Shown: positions 40,128 to 55,464 of the stretch, in pieces | Layout: each line of letters begins with the position of its first letter | Numbering within the stretch: the first letter of the stretch is position 1 | Source of the DNA: the human T2T-CHM13v2.0 reference genome, Homo sapiens | Assembly: GCF_009914755.1 (NCBI RefSeq) | Contig: NC_060939.1 | Strand: one strand, 5' to 3' | Length of the DNA: 64,000 nt | Program-made: the position numbers and the translations under genes | The notes under the pieces: model-generated | What the model was told of the DNA's origin: nothing | Databases searched by the model: none | The model's input: the letters and a program-made list of their open reading frames with translations, nothing else

Positions 40128-40315
40128 AAAAAAATTTTTTTTATTATACTTTAAGTCCTGGGATACATTTTCAGAATGTGCAGGTTTGTTACATAGGTAT
40201 ACATGTGCCATGGTGGTTTGCTGCACCCATCAACCCGTCATCTACATTAGGTATTTTTCCTAATGCTATCCCTCCCCTAGTCCCCCAGCCCCTGACAGGC
40301 CCCGGGGTGTGATGT
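40128..40315 (-). mobile_element. Short L1PA8-type 3' end with 14-bp TSD
   Basis: ttattatactttaag...cccatcaacccgtcatctacattagg; TSD catcttaattcatt (40114-40127) / catccgaattcatt (40316-40329). Confidence 0.88.
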
Positions 40316-42376
40316 CATCCGAATTCATTTTGAGACTAGAAGATTATTATTAAAATGTCAATTCTTCCCAATTTGATCCATAGGTTCAACATGATCCCAA
40401 AAAAATCCTAGCTAGCTGTTTTGTAGATATCAACAAATTGATGCTCAAATGTATGTAGGAAGGCAAAGAGCCTGGCGTGGTCAACACAATAATAAAGAAA
40501 AACAAAGTTGGAGGACTCACACTACCCAAATTCAAGACTTTCTATAAATTTATAGTAATCAAGACAGCATAGTATTTGCCTAAGAATACACACACAGATC
40601 ATCAATAGAATGGAACAGAAAGTATCGTAATAGATTCACATAAATATACTCAACTGATTTTTGACAAAGGTATAAAGGCAATTTAATAGAGAAAGAATAA
40701 GTCTTTTTCAAAAAAAGGGTATTTGTAGGCAAATCTATTCCTTACTTAAAAAATAAACTCAAAAGAGTTCATTACATTAATACAACATAAAAAACTGTAA
40801 TAAAAGAAAATATAAGAAAAAATCAACATGGGGTTTGGGGATAAGTTTTTAGATACAACACCGAAATGATGAGCCATGAAAGATAAAATTGGTAAGTTTA
40901 ACTTAAAATTAAAAACATTTCCTCTTCCTTTTCATTCTTTTAACAGAGAATGAAAAGATAAGTCACAGAGTGGGAGAAAACATTTGGACATTACAAATTT
41001 GATAAAGAACTTGCACCCAAAATATATGGAAATATCTTAAACCTTAACAATAGTGAAACAAGTAAACCAATTAAAAACTGTCAGAAGATCTGAACGGATA
41101 CCTCACAAAAGAAAATACAGTTGGCAAATAAGCGTATAAAGAGATTTTCAACATCATTTATCACTGGACAAACGCTAATTAAAACACCAAGATACTATCA
41201 CACATCTTTTAAAATTGTTAAAATTTAACAAAACAAAACAGAAGCAACCTGACAACACCCATGGCAGGTAAAGATGTGGAACTAGAAAAACTAACATTTA
41301 TTCCTGATGAGAATTAAAAATGGCCCAACCCTCCTGGAGAACAGTTTAGTTCTTCATTACAAAGCTAAATACAGCCGTATTAAATGACTCAGCAATCATA
41401 CTCTTAGGCGTTTGCCCAACGACTTTGGAAACTTATATCCACACAAAACCTGCACATAAATGTTTATAGCAGCTTTATTCGTAAATTCCCCAAACTGGAA
41501 GTAACCAAGATGTCTTTCAATGGGTGAATGGATAAACAAACTGTGATACATCTACACAATGGGATACTATTTAGTGATAAAAAGATATGAACTATCAAGC
41601 CTCATATAAACATGAATTAACTATAAATGCTAAGTGAAAGAAGCCAGTATGAACAGGCTAAATAACCTGGAAAAGTAAAACTGTGTAAAAGGTAAATGTG
41701 TCAATGATTGCCAGGGGCTTGGGGAAGGAGGAGGGTTGAATAAATAAAGCACAGGAGATTTTTAGTATGATAAAAATATATTGTATGCTATAGTAATGTG
41801 GATATACTATGCATTTGTCAAAGCCCATAGAACTTTATAGTACAAAGAGTAAATCATAATGTATGCAAATTAAAAAGAATTGAAGAGGTAAGAGGATCCC
41901 ATAATGGAATGCAGAATGTGAGAAAAGAATCCAATTGTATTACAAATGTAAAAAATGACCTCACTGATAGAGGTGTAGGGAAAAAGTGCTGATAAATATA
42001 TATCTATATCGATCTCTATAAAAATTTGTAACAGATCTTGAGTTGATAAACTTTCATAGTGAGTAACAAGCTTTTATTGATCAATAATAAAACACAAACA
42101 CTCAATTTTAAAATAAGCAAACTACATAAACACTTGTTCAAGAGAGAAGAAAAACCAATTACTAATAAACTTGGTGAAGCAATTTAGAATCTCAGGAAGA
42201 AAAAGAAGTAAATTTAAAACTACAAAATATCATTGCCCCCCCTTTCAAACAAACAAACAATTTGAGTAAGAGAATGTCTGGTGCTCAAGAAATATAAATG
42301 CTTAACCTTGAAACACAGATTTCTTACCACTTTTGTTCTCTAGCCTCAAACTAGGATCAAGTAATTCAGTACACTT

Positions 42377-42485
42377 GGATGATGTGTGCACCAAAATCTC
42401 AGAAATCACCACTAAAGACTTATTCATCTAACCAAAGACCACCTGTTCCTCAAAAAATTATTGAAATAAAAACAAAGGCAAATAA
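42377..42485 (+). mobile_element. Very short L1PB 3' end with 18-bp TSD
   Basis: gtgcaccaaaatctcagaaatcaccactaaaga; TSD aagtaatt(c/t)agtacactt at 42359-42376 and 42486-42503. Confidence 0.88.
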
Positions 42486-43949
42486 AAGTAATTTAGTACA
42501 CTTAAGAGAGAGTAATTTATCTGAAATTATTGTTTAGTATTAGAAAAAATGGTAATGCTATTTATAATATGCAGAAAAGAGTAGAGAGGTGAAAGCAAAG
42601 CTAACCACTTTCTTGTCTCTGTTGAATTAGATCCAATGCAGAACTGATTTCCTCGAGGGCCTCTAAATATTCAGAAAATCAGTGTCACCTATATTGAAAT
42701 ATAAGTTCTAAATCTCATCTCCCAAACAAATAGAATGATATTTATGATTTCTCATTCCTTTGTTTTTTGCACTACAAGTCTCTGTCAGGCCAAATAATCA
42801 CAAGTAGAACTAATGTTTCCTTTTAACTAGTTTGTGGCTTTGTAAAATGACTTTATTTTAAATTTATTTTTTGTTTTTATTAATGAAGAAAAAAGATGGT
42901 GAACTTTCATTCAAAGATACAAAAATCCAATGACTTTAGAGAATATAAAGATAGATTTTTTTGATTACTAATAACAGGGAAATAACTATCAATATAATAA
43001 CATTACACTCTGAACTGGGCTTCTTAGGGGCATGACTAATTGTCTATTGGGGCAATAAAAATAAGACTATAGAAAATTCAGAGAGAAGGAGTGTTTTGAA
43101 AGTAAAATAAAACAAAAATAAGGCAAAATACTGAGCATATTTACCTAAATTGGCCCAGTAGGAGGCGAGAATCTAGAAGAAGCTCCTAAATAATTATCAG
43201 TACTTGGTCATCTGAATCAAGATACAGTACTCTTTATAAATGTCAGATTTTTGTCAGTAGCATTTTTTTTCATTTTTCCATCTAGTTACTAGCTCTTAGA
43301 AATAAAATGTTCTTCCTATTTTCTCTTCAATGCCTCAGTTTCTATCCTGCTTACCACTTAATTCTATTAGTCTAGATACTTGCCTGTCATCTTACACCAT
43401 ATAGGTCAATGGTGGAATTGCACTATGGGTAATATTGAAATTCTTGGAAATTTCTGAAGAAGCAACTTGCAAAAACAACCAGTGAAAGCAATAGAAACAT
43501 TTGAGAATCTACTTGCCTTTTAAGTCACTCTAAACACTTTTTATTGGATTGCTTATCATAGTTCTCAAAATTGATTGTATAAGAGCTCTCAGACTATACA
43601 AAGAAAGTCATGTAAGAGCATTTACACGGAAAGTCATGTGAGAACATTTATAACAGCAGGTTATAATGGCATTATCAACTCACAATATTAAAATGGAAAA
43701 GCCCAGATTTTAATTTTTCCCAGAGCTTTAATATTGCAATTAGGCTATATAAGAAGTAGAATAATTGTATTGTCTAAATATGTAGACACAACAGTGTCCC
43801 CTCAAAATCATGGCTCAAAATCATGGTTATTAATGCCACACATTATTCACTCAAGTGTTACAATGTAGCAGCTGCCCATAATTTCGTACTGTGGGACTCA
43901 TATTCAGGATGTGAGTAGATTCTTTGAGACAAGTATCCATAGTGTCACA

Positions 43950-44070
43950 AAAACACCTGTCCTCATGGAGTTTTCATTCTCATGGTGAGAAGCCAACAAT
44001 TAATAATTAAAATGCATAACACATCAAAGGGTGATAAGTGCTTGGAGAAAATGAAACAGGGAAATGGGAT
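43950..44070 (-). mobile_element. L2 fragment
   Basis: cctgtcctcatggagttttcattct...gtgataagtgcttggagaaaatgaaacaggg. Confidence 0.65.
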
Positions 44071-46764
44071 AATTGCTAACCCGATCACTTCCAACACTGA
44101 GCAATTTCCTTCTATAGAAGACTCAGTCTAGAATGTAAAATCTTTCCTATTTTTGATAAACTTGACAGCTTTTCCAAGACACTACTTTTAGAAATGAATG
44201 TGTAATGCCACTTATCAAGCACATATTCCTTCTTGTGTAACATCAAAGAGCATCAGTATGTAATGTATAAAATATATTTTTACAACTGGTGGGATGAGAG
44301 AGCAAGTTAATCACTGTTAGTTCCTTTGCTAGGTTCTTTTTTTTAGCTGCTGGGGATGAAATTGGTTGGGAGATGATTTGGTGAAACACAGGTTGGCTAA
44401 AGGTCTTACCCACCTGGTTTACCCTTTCAGGAAAAATAGAAAAAAAGTCTGTCTTCTTATTCAGCAGTTAGTCTTCTGTGGTCATTAAATGATATGAACT
44501 GTAATTCCCATCATATTTCTAGTGTGCCCTAATGATGTCACTCAAATGAAAATATTTTTCTGTACGGCAAGAGTGATGAGGAAGGTAGAAGCTTTGGTTT
44601 CAATTTGATTTGATGATTTTATATAGACCCGCTATGAACTTTTGCAGTCATTTATAACAAAATTCCCCCAAGATACATAAATCATCAGACCGAAAAATTA
44701 GTGTCTATCTAAACAGATGCTTCTATTTCTAGCCTACATGACAAAACAAAATAAAACCTGTAAGAGTTTTGTATGCCATTCGTTTAAAATATATGTAGAC
44801 TCTAAGGTACACTATGACTTCTCTCTTTCTTAAATTAAAAATAATAGGTATATTAAACAACCTTACTAAAGTGCCACTTGTAGCTTCTCTTACTCTGCCA
44901 TCATAACCTTTTCTCATTTGGTAAAATGACTAAATGGAATGAATTCTTGCTTGTATAATTTGTGCTTTCCTATTTTTTCCTACATAGTTTGAGTTCTTCC
45001 TCAGAATACTCGAATTAACGACAAAATTCTTCTTGGCTGAAACTTCCCTTAAAACAGTCTTTTCAATTTCATTCTAACCTCTGCACAAATGAGACAGCAT
45101 TTGAAAAATACCGTCTTTGTCATGGGGCCCTTTTCTCTAACACCTAGAAAACCTTCTGTTACTTACAATAGCAAGCCTACTTACAATGTTTGTCATGTAA
45201 GATTTTTGTTCTAACTCTTCAAATTTGGCCGCAACTATCACATAATATGAGTATGTTGTCCAGTCTGGCCAGTAATCTCTCTGTGTAATAATCATACCAC
45301 TCTTTTTTTTCACTATGTGAATTTGCTTAAGATGCTTGTGTTGCTTGGAATGCCATTTCCTTTCCTTCATTCTAATTCTGACCCATATTTCAAGACCATA
45401 GTCTTCATTTATTGTATCACGTGAACACAGTGCAACAACACTTGAGCCCACTGTCGCTGACCAGAAGAATGTCAGCTGAACATTGAAAAAAATCCACGCT
45501 AAACCAGAAACGAGACATTTCCTGTGGAGAAATTATTTTCTCAGGTTCTTGATAAAGAGGAACTAGAAATTCCTAAGATAATCCTATTTTGTGCCATTTA
45601 TAATTTGTTATATGTAAATATGCCTGAGTTAATTGTCTAGAAATAAATATGGAGTTCTTATTCCAGAGTGTAGATTTAGATGAGGTCATTGTCACATAAT
45701 TCTGTGGTTTTCTTCCTAAAACAATCAAAGAGGACTTCTAGGTATTTTTATAGATAGATATCTGAATTATGTGGATTTCATATGATTATTACAACCAAAC
45801 TCAGGTGTCCAGTTGGGTGAACAGTAAACACTAGGATAATGCTGGATTAAAAATTACTTCTGAGAGAATATGCTAGAGATTAAAATTGAACATGACAATT
45901 ATGACCTATAAGCAAAGGAGTACTGATAGACAGTGTGTTATTAACCAAGAAAATAACTTAGGTATTTAAGAACTTGAGCTAATGGGAAAGAATCAGTATC
46001 TCTCTTCTCCCCCCTTTCCTCTCTCTCTCACTCTCTGCCTCTCACTTTGATGTGTATTTTTGCTACATGATTTACAAGCATTACTTTAGATCAGTAGAAG
46101 ACAACTCATAATATCATATTATTTTATTATAGTAATATTGTGGCAGTACACATACATCACACTAATAAAATGAATACTAATAACAAGAAATTTGACTTAA
46201 AATTCATGACACAATAGAATAGCTCAGGAACAATTCAAAACAATGACAGTAACTTCTTTCTTTCTTTCCCTATATGCTATTTTTTTGGTAAGTGGAATCC
46301 ATATTCCCACACAAACTAGAATTACTAAACTCTTAATAGCATCCCCATGGTTTTGCTTCTTACTACAATGCCTTCATTGATTTCATCACAGATTAAGCAT
46401 AATAACAAAACATCGTTTGTCCTCAGGAGCATGAACTGTCTGAGGCTATTTCTGCATGCACAGCAGCCTCATTCTTAAATACCTGTCTTAAGTATGTCAA
46501 TCTACCCACCAGCTTTCTGCCAGGAGTATGACTGCTGTACATAAACTTTCCTGATGCTAATTACCACAAAGCATCCAATTCTTTTCCTAACAAACTTTAA
46601 ATATCATAATTTTATTGTTACCCCAAAATGGTGCTTTCTGCTTTGACAACATAGCCCGAGGCAATATTTTTGGAAGATTATCTTGGTGCTGCTCATTTAC
46701 AATCCATGAATTTTTTTTCTCATTTAAGGAGGTAGTATATATCTGTATCGATGAGGAGTATTTT

Positions 46765-47410
46765 AGTTGTATATATAATAGTGGCTGTACAAATAATAGT
46801 GGCTGAAACACAAGGACTTATTCTCCACATAAAAGAAGTCAAGAGGCTGGCTGGGTGCGGTGGCTCATGCCTGTAATATAAGCACTTTGGGAGGCCTAGG
46901 TGGGTAGATCATGAGGTCAGGAGATCGAGACCATCCTGGCTAACACAGTGAAATGCCGTCTCTACTAAAAATACAAAAAATTAGCCAGGCGTGGTGGCAG
47001 GCGCCTGTAGTCCCAGCTACTCAGGAGGCTGAGTCAGGAGAATAGCGTGAACCCAGGAGGTGGAGCTTGCAGTGAGCCGTGATCGTGCCACCGCACTCCA
47101 GCCTGGGCGACAGAGTGAGACTCTGTCAAAAAAAAAAAAAAAAAAGTCAAGAGGTTAAGCAGGCTAGAGGTGCTATGATGACTCTATATTTTTATCCGTT
47201 ATCCTTAGCACATGGTTCATGTACTCAAGTCTACCACATGGACCAAGGTTGCTGGCTATGGGAGTATTTCACGCAGCAAGAAAGAGGAACGGAAAGGGCC
47301 CAAAGAAGCATATATCCCAGGAGAGTCAGCCTTCCAGGTACTCCAATTCATTATTTACATTCGCCTCTCAGCAGGGAGAATGGGAAATGCAGTCTTTTTG
47401 CTGTGAGGAT
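46765..47410 (-). mobile_element. Old MLT1-type (MaLR) LTR interrupted by AluY
   Basis: aatagtggctgaaacacaag...; gcagggagaatgggaaatgcagtctttt. Confidence 0.55.
46849..47145 (+). mobile_element. AluY
   Basis: gagatcgagaccatcctggctaacac; TSD aagtcaagagg(c/t)t. Confidence 0.95.
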
Positions 47411-47544
47411 TGCCGCTTTCTGCTATTAAAAAAGAGAACAGATGCAGAATAGGCAAATATTATTTTTTCCCATATTACTTTTACCTTTTTAAGTTCCTGC
47501 TGGTTGAAGCCCTTTACTGCATGTCCAAATGGAAATATCACAAC

Positions 47545-47693
47545 CTTTGGAGTCAGCAGATCTTGCTTCAAGTCTTGAACCTGCCCCCTTACAAGGTATG
47601 TCACCTTTGGTATACCATTATCTCTGAATCTTGTTTTTAAGATGGAGATTTTAATAATACTATTTCATGAGATTACAGTGAAGAACAGATATC

Positions 47694-47695
<2 letters not shown>
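47545..47695 (+). mobile_element. MIR fragment
   Basis: tggagtcagcagatcttgcttcaagtc...taataatactatttcatgagatt. Confidence 0.6.

Positions 47696-47724
<29 letters not shown>
47696..47724. repeat. (TA)n microsatellite
   Basis: Direct reading. Confidence 0.95.
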
Positions 47725-47730
<6 letters not shown>

Positions 47731-48729
47731 AGCTACTTATAAAGTACCATTGTATATTTAATATACATATTAATAGTTCATTATATACTAGTTAGTTATG
47801 ATTGTTATTGACTTTTATGTGTGCATTTGGAAGTTATTTGCATTAACTAAGAGGACTATGAAGAAAAAAACCCAAATAATTATGTAATTCTGTGTTCTCT
47901 AAAGTTGTTTATTCTTACTCTGAAGAATGCAAGAAAAAATACTAATACTTTGATCTATATTAAATTAAAAAAAAACATGTGGAGAGCAATAGGAGTATTG
48001 GATACCACAGAAAATATGTTGAGTTTGCAGAGTAAAGAGGGAGTCAAACTTCCTTCTCTTCACAAACTTCTGTGAGGCTAGTGCTAATGAATAAGCAGTT
48101 TTCATGTATAGCTCTTAAAGAAGAGACTGTTGATTATCTATGAAACATCAATCTACTCTACTTATTTTTTTCTAAAAGCTTTGCTTTTACTTCTGAATTG
48201 ATCCCTTTCCATAGGACTGAACAATAATATTCATTACAGCAATATGGAAGTTGGTAAATATTTCTTATCAATTGATTATATCTGCTAAATATTTTCTCTA
48301 CTTATTTTTCTCATAGTAAGGTGCATGGTTAAGTAAGGGATTTTTCTAGTATAATTAGTATACTAGAATGATAAGTTGCCAAACAATAGTCTATTTTCCC
48401 AAGAAGAAATACTAAAAATTAATGTCTGTGCATATAGTTCATTCGATTTAGTTTACAGGACTGTAAAGTTTAGTAGAAATGCATACTTTTGAAATGGAAA
48501 AGTATTTTCTTGAAAATTTTTCTTTTGTAGCTCTCTTCTGAGTTTGTGAAATTGGTTTATATATATTTATGTTGACAAGTGATCTTCTATATTTCTTTCG
48601 TAAAATGTCTCCTGTCACAGATGAAATGCTAGTACTTTTAATATGTAAAGCATATTGCAATCAATATTGCAAATACCAAGGACCTAAATAGACATAAGGA
48701 TGAAGAATATAGGCAGAAAATTCTCTGGC

Positions 48730-49437
<708 letters not shown>

Positions 49438-49621
49438 TTAATACCGGTGATATAGAAAAAATAGGGATGCAGATACAGGTACATGTTTATATTTCATAGA
49501 GGGAAGCTGAGGTAGTTTCCAACTGGTTTGAAGGAAAAATCCAGATTCGAGATTATGAAAAGAATAGTGAAGAAGAGAAGTCACAGAAGACTTTGAAAAT
49601 ATTTGTTTTCAGTAAACCAAA

Positions 49622-50122
49622 GTTTATTGCGGCACTACTCACAATAGCAAAGACTTGGAACCAACCCAAATGTCCAACAATGATAGACTGGTTTAAGAAA
49701 ATGTGGCACATATACACCATGGAATACTATGCAGCCATAAAAAATGATGAGTTCATGTCCTTTGTAGGGACATGGTTGAAGCTGGAAACCATTCTCAGCA
49801 AACTATCGGGAGGACAAAAAACCAAACACCACATGTTCTCACTCATAGGTGGGAACTGAACAATGGGAACACTTGGACACAGAAAGGGGAACATCACACA
49901 CCGGGGCCTGTTGTGGGATGGGGGTAGGGGGGAGGGATGGCATTAGGAGATATACCTAATGTAAATGACGAGTTAATGGGTGCAGCACACCAACACGGCA
50001 CATGTATCCATATGTAACAAACCTGCACATTGTGCACAGGTACCCTAGAACTTAAAGTATAATAAAAAATATATATATATAAAAGAAAATAAAGAACTAA
50101 GAACAACAACAACACAAAAAAA
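49622..50122 (+). mobile_element. 5'-truncated L1PA4/5-type 3' end
   Basis: ORF2 C-terminus [10 protein letters not shown]...MFSLIGGN; G-rich 3'UTR; compound A tail. Confidence 0.93.
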
Positions 50123-51049
50123 GAAAATATTGAAAAATGTTTGCAGTCTCAAGATGATGAAGGAATATTTGGCCCTTACAAAACATAAAAAGAAAGTTAT
50201 AAGGGAAAAAGACAAGTTAAAATAAAAACTGAGAAGAGTGAAAAGACTTAAGCAGACTAAGAATGTTACAGCAAAATTTAAGTCTTCTCTGGAGTAAATA
50301 AAGAGCAGAATAGAAATAGCACTGTGGAAGTTCAATTCAATAGCATGAAGGAAACAAACTGCAAACCACCAAAGCTACAGACCAGAGTACCAGCGGCCCA
50401 TGGTAAGGAGGCCTGAAGGCCCCAAAGCTGTCTAGCCCCTCAGAGCGCTGAAAATGGACCCACTAGGAGACTGATCCAGAAGGAGGCCTCACACTGAGTA
50501 GAAAGTTTTGGGAATGGAATAATAATTGAGCAGGAAAAGACAATAAAGAGAAAGGAAAGCAAATGTCTAGACCAAGTGGGAGAGGAGACAGAGGTGGGAA
50601 AGCATAGCAAGTTAGACACTGTATTATTGAATACTATAGAAAAGGGAGCTCTTTGAAATTACAAAGGCTTGTCTGAACCCCATATTGATCTGTGCTGGTG
50701 GTTTTCTCATTCATTTAAATTAAAGATTGGCCCACATACATAGAGCTAGAGGTCAGTTCTCCCATGCTGGGGAGAGGCATGTTGGAGAAACAGATCTAGA
50801 TAATAGCAACGAAACTCACTATAGCTCTTAATATTAACAGATATTTTCTTTATTCACATGCATACACATATACACACAAATACCTTATATATAATATTGT
50901 ATTTTATATACAGTATTATATCTAGTATTTATGATGTTACATATTATTGTGTGTATATATAGTATTATATATAATATTATATTATACAGATAATTGTATT
51001 ATATAAATAAAATGCAATATGGGAGAAATACCCAACTCCATTGAAAACA

Positions 51050-51750
51050 GAAAATTCAGGATGCATAAATTTTGAAAAAAAAAAACACCTTGTATCCTCC
51101 AGAGATTGAAGAAGGTACTGCCCTTATAATACAAAAGTAGAAAGCATAATCAATGTGCAAGAAACAATTATTTTAAAAATCGAAATTTAACAGAAAGGCT
51201 TTTGAAAAATATTTCCTGGACCACAGAACTAAAGAATTAAGAGATTAAGAAATAGAGAGAAATGGTTGAGACCAGAAAATGTGGCCAGAAGGCCAATGTG
51301 CATGTTACAAGAGTTTGGAAGAAGCGAGGACAAAAAAACCTGAACCGGAAGAGAGACTAAAGTTGTCTTTTTTTTTTTTTTTTAAAGAATAAGGAAAATA
51401 GCTCCAAGGAATGACTTGTTATTAGATTGAAATTGTTCACTGTGTTGAGCAGGAAAGATGAGTAACACTTAAGGTAATGAGTATCAAACTTGTCCTTATG
51501 GAAAAAAACCCAGTTACTCATAAAGGAATAAGAATTAAATTAGCATCAGATTTCTCATCAGTAACATTGCATTACATTCAGTGTTCTGAACGAAAATCAT
51601 TTATACCTACAGTTCCATACCCAGCTGAATTTCATATTCAGCCGAATCAAATATGGGGACAGGGACTCAGAAAATTTACATCAATACAAATCAGAAGACA
51701 AGAAATATAAGAACATGAGCAACTAATACAGGAAACTCGGAGGAAAACAC
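51050..51750 (+). mobile_element. Ancient L1 ORF1-like remnant (HAL1/L1ME)
   Basis: Peptide VTHKGIRIKLASDFS resembles the ORF1p C-terminal domain. Confidence 0.55.
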
Positions 51751-52813
51751 ATTCCAATTTGAGAAAACAATGTCAAAATGAGAATAAGCCAAGGTATTGA
51801 TGGCAGTCACTTATTACTAAGGAACCTGTTTTTCTCTGAAGTAATTTAACTAACTTATCTCAGAATAGGCAGTATCTCTAAATCCTAACTCTTTGAAATT
51901 TCAATTTCGATGCCTTGAAATGATGCTCCTTGAATGTAGTAAACACATTTATGAAATATTCCATTCCTAATATAAAGATATTTGGTATCAACTTTCTAAG
52001 TGGCTAAATTTAGCAACTTCTCTGTATACCTGAGAAAACTGGAGGCAGAGGAAAGCCAGCGGAGAGCCAGAGGACTCACCGAAACTTTGAGATTATTATT
52101 TCACTTTCTTTGATTTGTTGTTGTAATATTGATAGCAAATAGTATTTCCAAAAGTAGTTTTTATGAGTAAGTGTCCTGTAATATTTATTAGCTGCAAACA
52201 TGGTGGAGATGTCTAGAGAAAGAAGTACTTACAATATATGGCCCTGGGAAAGAACAACACTTTCCAACTTGAACACAGGCTCATCTGTGCATGCATGTGG
52301 ACACACCCACAGGCACACAAAACGCCAGTGCTGCATTGTATCTCATCTGGCTCTTCCTAGTAATATGAGAACTTGTCCATCAGATTGAAAATCATTATCA
52401 TAATGTTGTCTTCCTTTCCAGCAACAAATTGAGTGACATATTTTCATAATGACTGTTTGATTTATTAGGTCACACATATGAGAAAAGTATGTTTTTTAAA
52501 TAATAATTTTAACTTCACACAATTGAAGCATGTTTGAAAATCTTGTATGCCTGAAATGGAAATGATTCAAGTTGGAGTTATGGAAGAAAAGTAAAAAGTT
52601 AAGGAGCTAACAGTATATTTACTAATCACCTGAATTGTAAGACTTTGCTATATCCTGCAGTGCACATAAAGCAATTTATACGAAGCTAATTTCATTATTT
52701 CAATTTTCTTCTGATATTGGCTATTGGTTGTCTTGTGAAGAGGGTTCATAAAGCTTCTTTTCTCCACCCTCACCCTTCACTTTCCTGTTGTCCTTTACTA
52801 GAACACCTACTTC

Positions 52814-52818
<5 letters not shown>

Positions 52819-52846
<28 letters not shown>
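52819..52846. repeat. (AC)14 microsatellite
   Basis: Direct reading. Confidence 0.95.
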
Positions 52847-52849
<3 letters not shown>

Positions 52850-55319
52850 GGAATCAAAAGCAGTACAACACAAGTGCTCTTCTATCCATCCCAATCGGGG
52901 CAGATTTTAACTTCATTAAATTGCTGTCATATGGTGGCTGCTGACATGCGTCAGGCTTGGAGAGCTTCACTCATCAGGTATTCTCTAAGATTGTTAACAA
53001 GAACAGCAACTCTCATTAGGGGTTCCCCAAAAGCAGCTAATTAAGGGACAAAGGTTGCTCAGATTGTGACAATTACACCTGTAAGGTCCCTGTAGAAACA
53101 CCCAAATCTCTAACAAACCTATGTTTGGTTGCTTAGGACAAGAAATAAAGAGCTCGTCCATTAAAAAAAAAAATGAGAGGCAGAAACTGTCAACCATTTG
53201 AAAAGCTTTACGAAAATGATCATCCAATTAGTGGCTATGATCAAATCAGGCATGAACTCTCTCTGGATGGCTCCATAATTTTCCTTCTTGCATGGTGTAA
53301 TTTCATATAGCTCAAATGAACTCGTGAGAGGTAATTCAGTTCCAAACAGTTTTCTCATCACTGCTAATTATACTAATACATTGAAATGCCTCCTACAAAA
53401 TGCATGAGCCCTTTAAGCCACCTCATTAATGTGATATAATTTTTGCCAGAATATATATCAAACCTATTATCACCACAGGTTTCTTTAGCATTTTTTTTAA
53501 ATGTCTATCAAAAGCTTAAAAAGTAGATTTCATTGGGCTGGCCCTCTCATAATTAACTGTTTCTTTGAACTACTGTTGTCTATTGTAGTATTTTTCAACG
53601 GCGTTAACAATCTTCAGTATGATATGCCCCAGATCCACTAGTTTCTTTTTTTCTCTCCGAGTATTTGATTCCTTAAATCTTTTCCGTTGTAGCTGATTCT
53701 TTAAATGGCAAATGGTGCATGCAATAATGTGCAAAAATGAGTTATACAAACTGAAAGCAGGGGTGTAAAAAAAGCATCATCTGAAACTAAAATAAAGACA
53801 GATTTTATGGTATTTATGTCAGTTAATTTAACTGCTGGTAGGGGCTTTTGTTGAAACATGAGTTAGTTCCAGTGTTTAACCTTGCAGTATTAATTTATGC
53901 TTTATGGCCTGAGTACTTTATCATTCCCTCCTTGGGAAGACAGTTATCTCATTAGCCAGAATTTAATGAAATGCAAGGATACACTTCTTAATTTCAAAGA
54001 TTACTATAACACAAATCAGGTGTAAATCTCAGACTGACTGCCCCGTCCCTTGCCTGTTTAAAAAAAGAGAGAGAGACGGGTTCATTTTGCAATCATATCA
54101 CAGAAATTCATCTGGTAGAATACATTTCATCACAGCCATCCTAAAAGCATCTCTCATCTGTAAAAGTTGGTTTAACTTTGCATCCAGCAATATTGATGGC
54201 CCTTTAGCTACTATAAAGTTTCCAGGGTTGACAATTCATTATTCATCACCACAATTAAAAAATAAAATGTTGATAAAATTACCAATTCCCTAGACTTATT
54301 CAAGCATGGGCATGAACTCTTCACATTTTGACTAAACGCAGTCTCATAGATAGTACCATTATATTTTTTACAACTGTAAAAAATCAGCTAATTTTTAAAA
54401 TTAGCAGACATTTTCATGGAGAGGGTAAATATGACCTGAGATTTAGAATTATTGAATAAACACACACATATAAGTTTAAAATATAAGGCATATTATCTGT
54501 CTTAAGGAAGCAAAAACATTTAGGTTATAAAGCTGTCCAGAATGATCTTTGCTAAGAGTTCTAAGGCATCTGAACATTTAAATACTCTACCAACTGGTTG
54601 CCGATCCTGGCACAGATTCTCTACTTTTGTGTTTCTTGTTTTTTGCTCATGGAGTCTCCTTTGCTGAAATGCCTCTTCTTGCCTGTTACATCATCTGTAG
54701 CATAATCCTGGGCCTGTAACACCATTTGAATCACCTATGATGAATGTCTGATGTTCAAGTTTATTTGAGAACATTGCATGGTATTTAGGTTCTCTTGGAA
54801 ATGAATGAATGAATACAGGGATGCTTGGTGTATGGATACTTTGACTATTAATTTGATGTAACTGTTCTAACAATGAAATAATAAGGAGCATACATATTTT
54901 TTCATTATATAAACAACATAAAATAAGGAGAACCCAGTGACTGAGTGACTTTCTTTGATATGCTAATTGGGGAAAGAATTCTTTCTAGAAACTAACAGTC
55001 ATTTAAAATCATGCACTTAATTAGCTATATATCTTGTGAGAGTGTGTACGTGTGCATTCTGTATGAGAATGTGTGTTTGTCTGTTCATGTTTGTTTAAAT
55101 CTCAGCTCAAAACACAAGATTTATCACAGAGATAGGCTTTATTTCAAGGAAATGGCCAGTAAACTCTTGCATAGGGATTCATGATATTTAGCTCACTAGC
55201 TATAGGCATTCTTTTTCTAATATTTTTATATATGCCTACACCTAGAAATTTGAAAGTAATAAAACATGATGTGAGGCATCGTAACTGACACTTCCTTGAT
55301 CCAGAGCCAGGTTCTTTGG

Positions 55320-55462
55320 AGAAATAGCATGGAACCTTGATCTGAGTGTGGGATTTGAATTTAGACAGACGTGCATCCAAATCATGGCTTCCTGGCTATG
55401 TACTATGAGAAAAATTACTTACATTTTTCTCATATGTAAAATGAGATAGTTAAAACTTACTA
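55320..55462 (+). mobile_element. MIR 5' part (3' part resumes ~55990-56080)
   Basis: tttgaatttagacagac...ctcatatgtaaaatgagatagt; later gcacaatgcctggagcac. Confidence 0.6.
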
Positions 55463-55464
55463 AT

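Noticed and set aside
49903-49940. G-quadruplex motif
   Set aside because: Standard G-rich tract of the L1 3'UTR; not locus-specific.
49595-50135. 3' transduction in the compound tail of the short L1PA
   Set aside because: The tail is A-rich throughout and the only TSD candidate (gaaaatatt) is short and offset from the junction; not supportable.
50880-51010. AT-rich quasi-palindrome
   Set aside because: Low-complexity TA sequence; self-complementarity is expected by chance.
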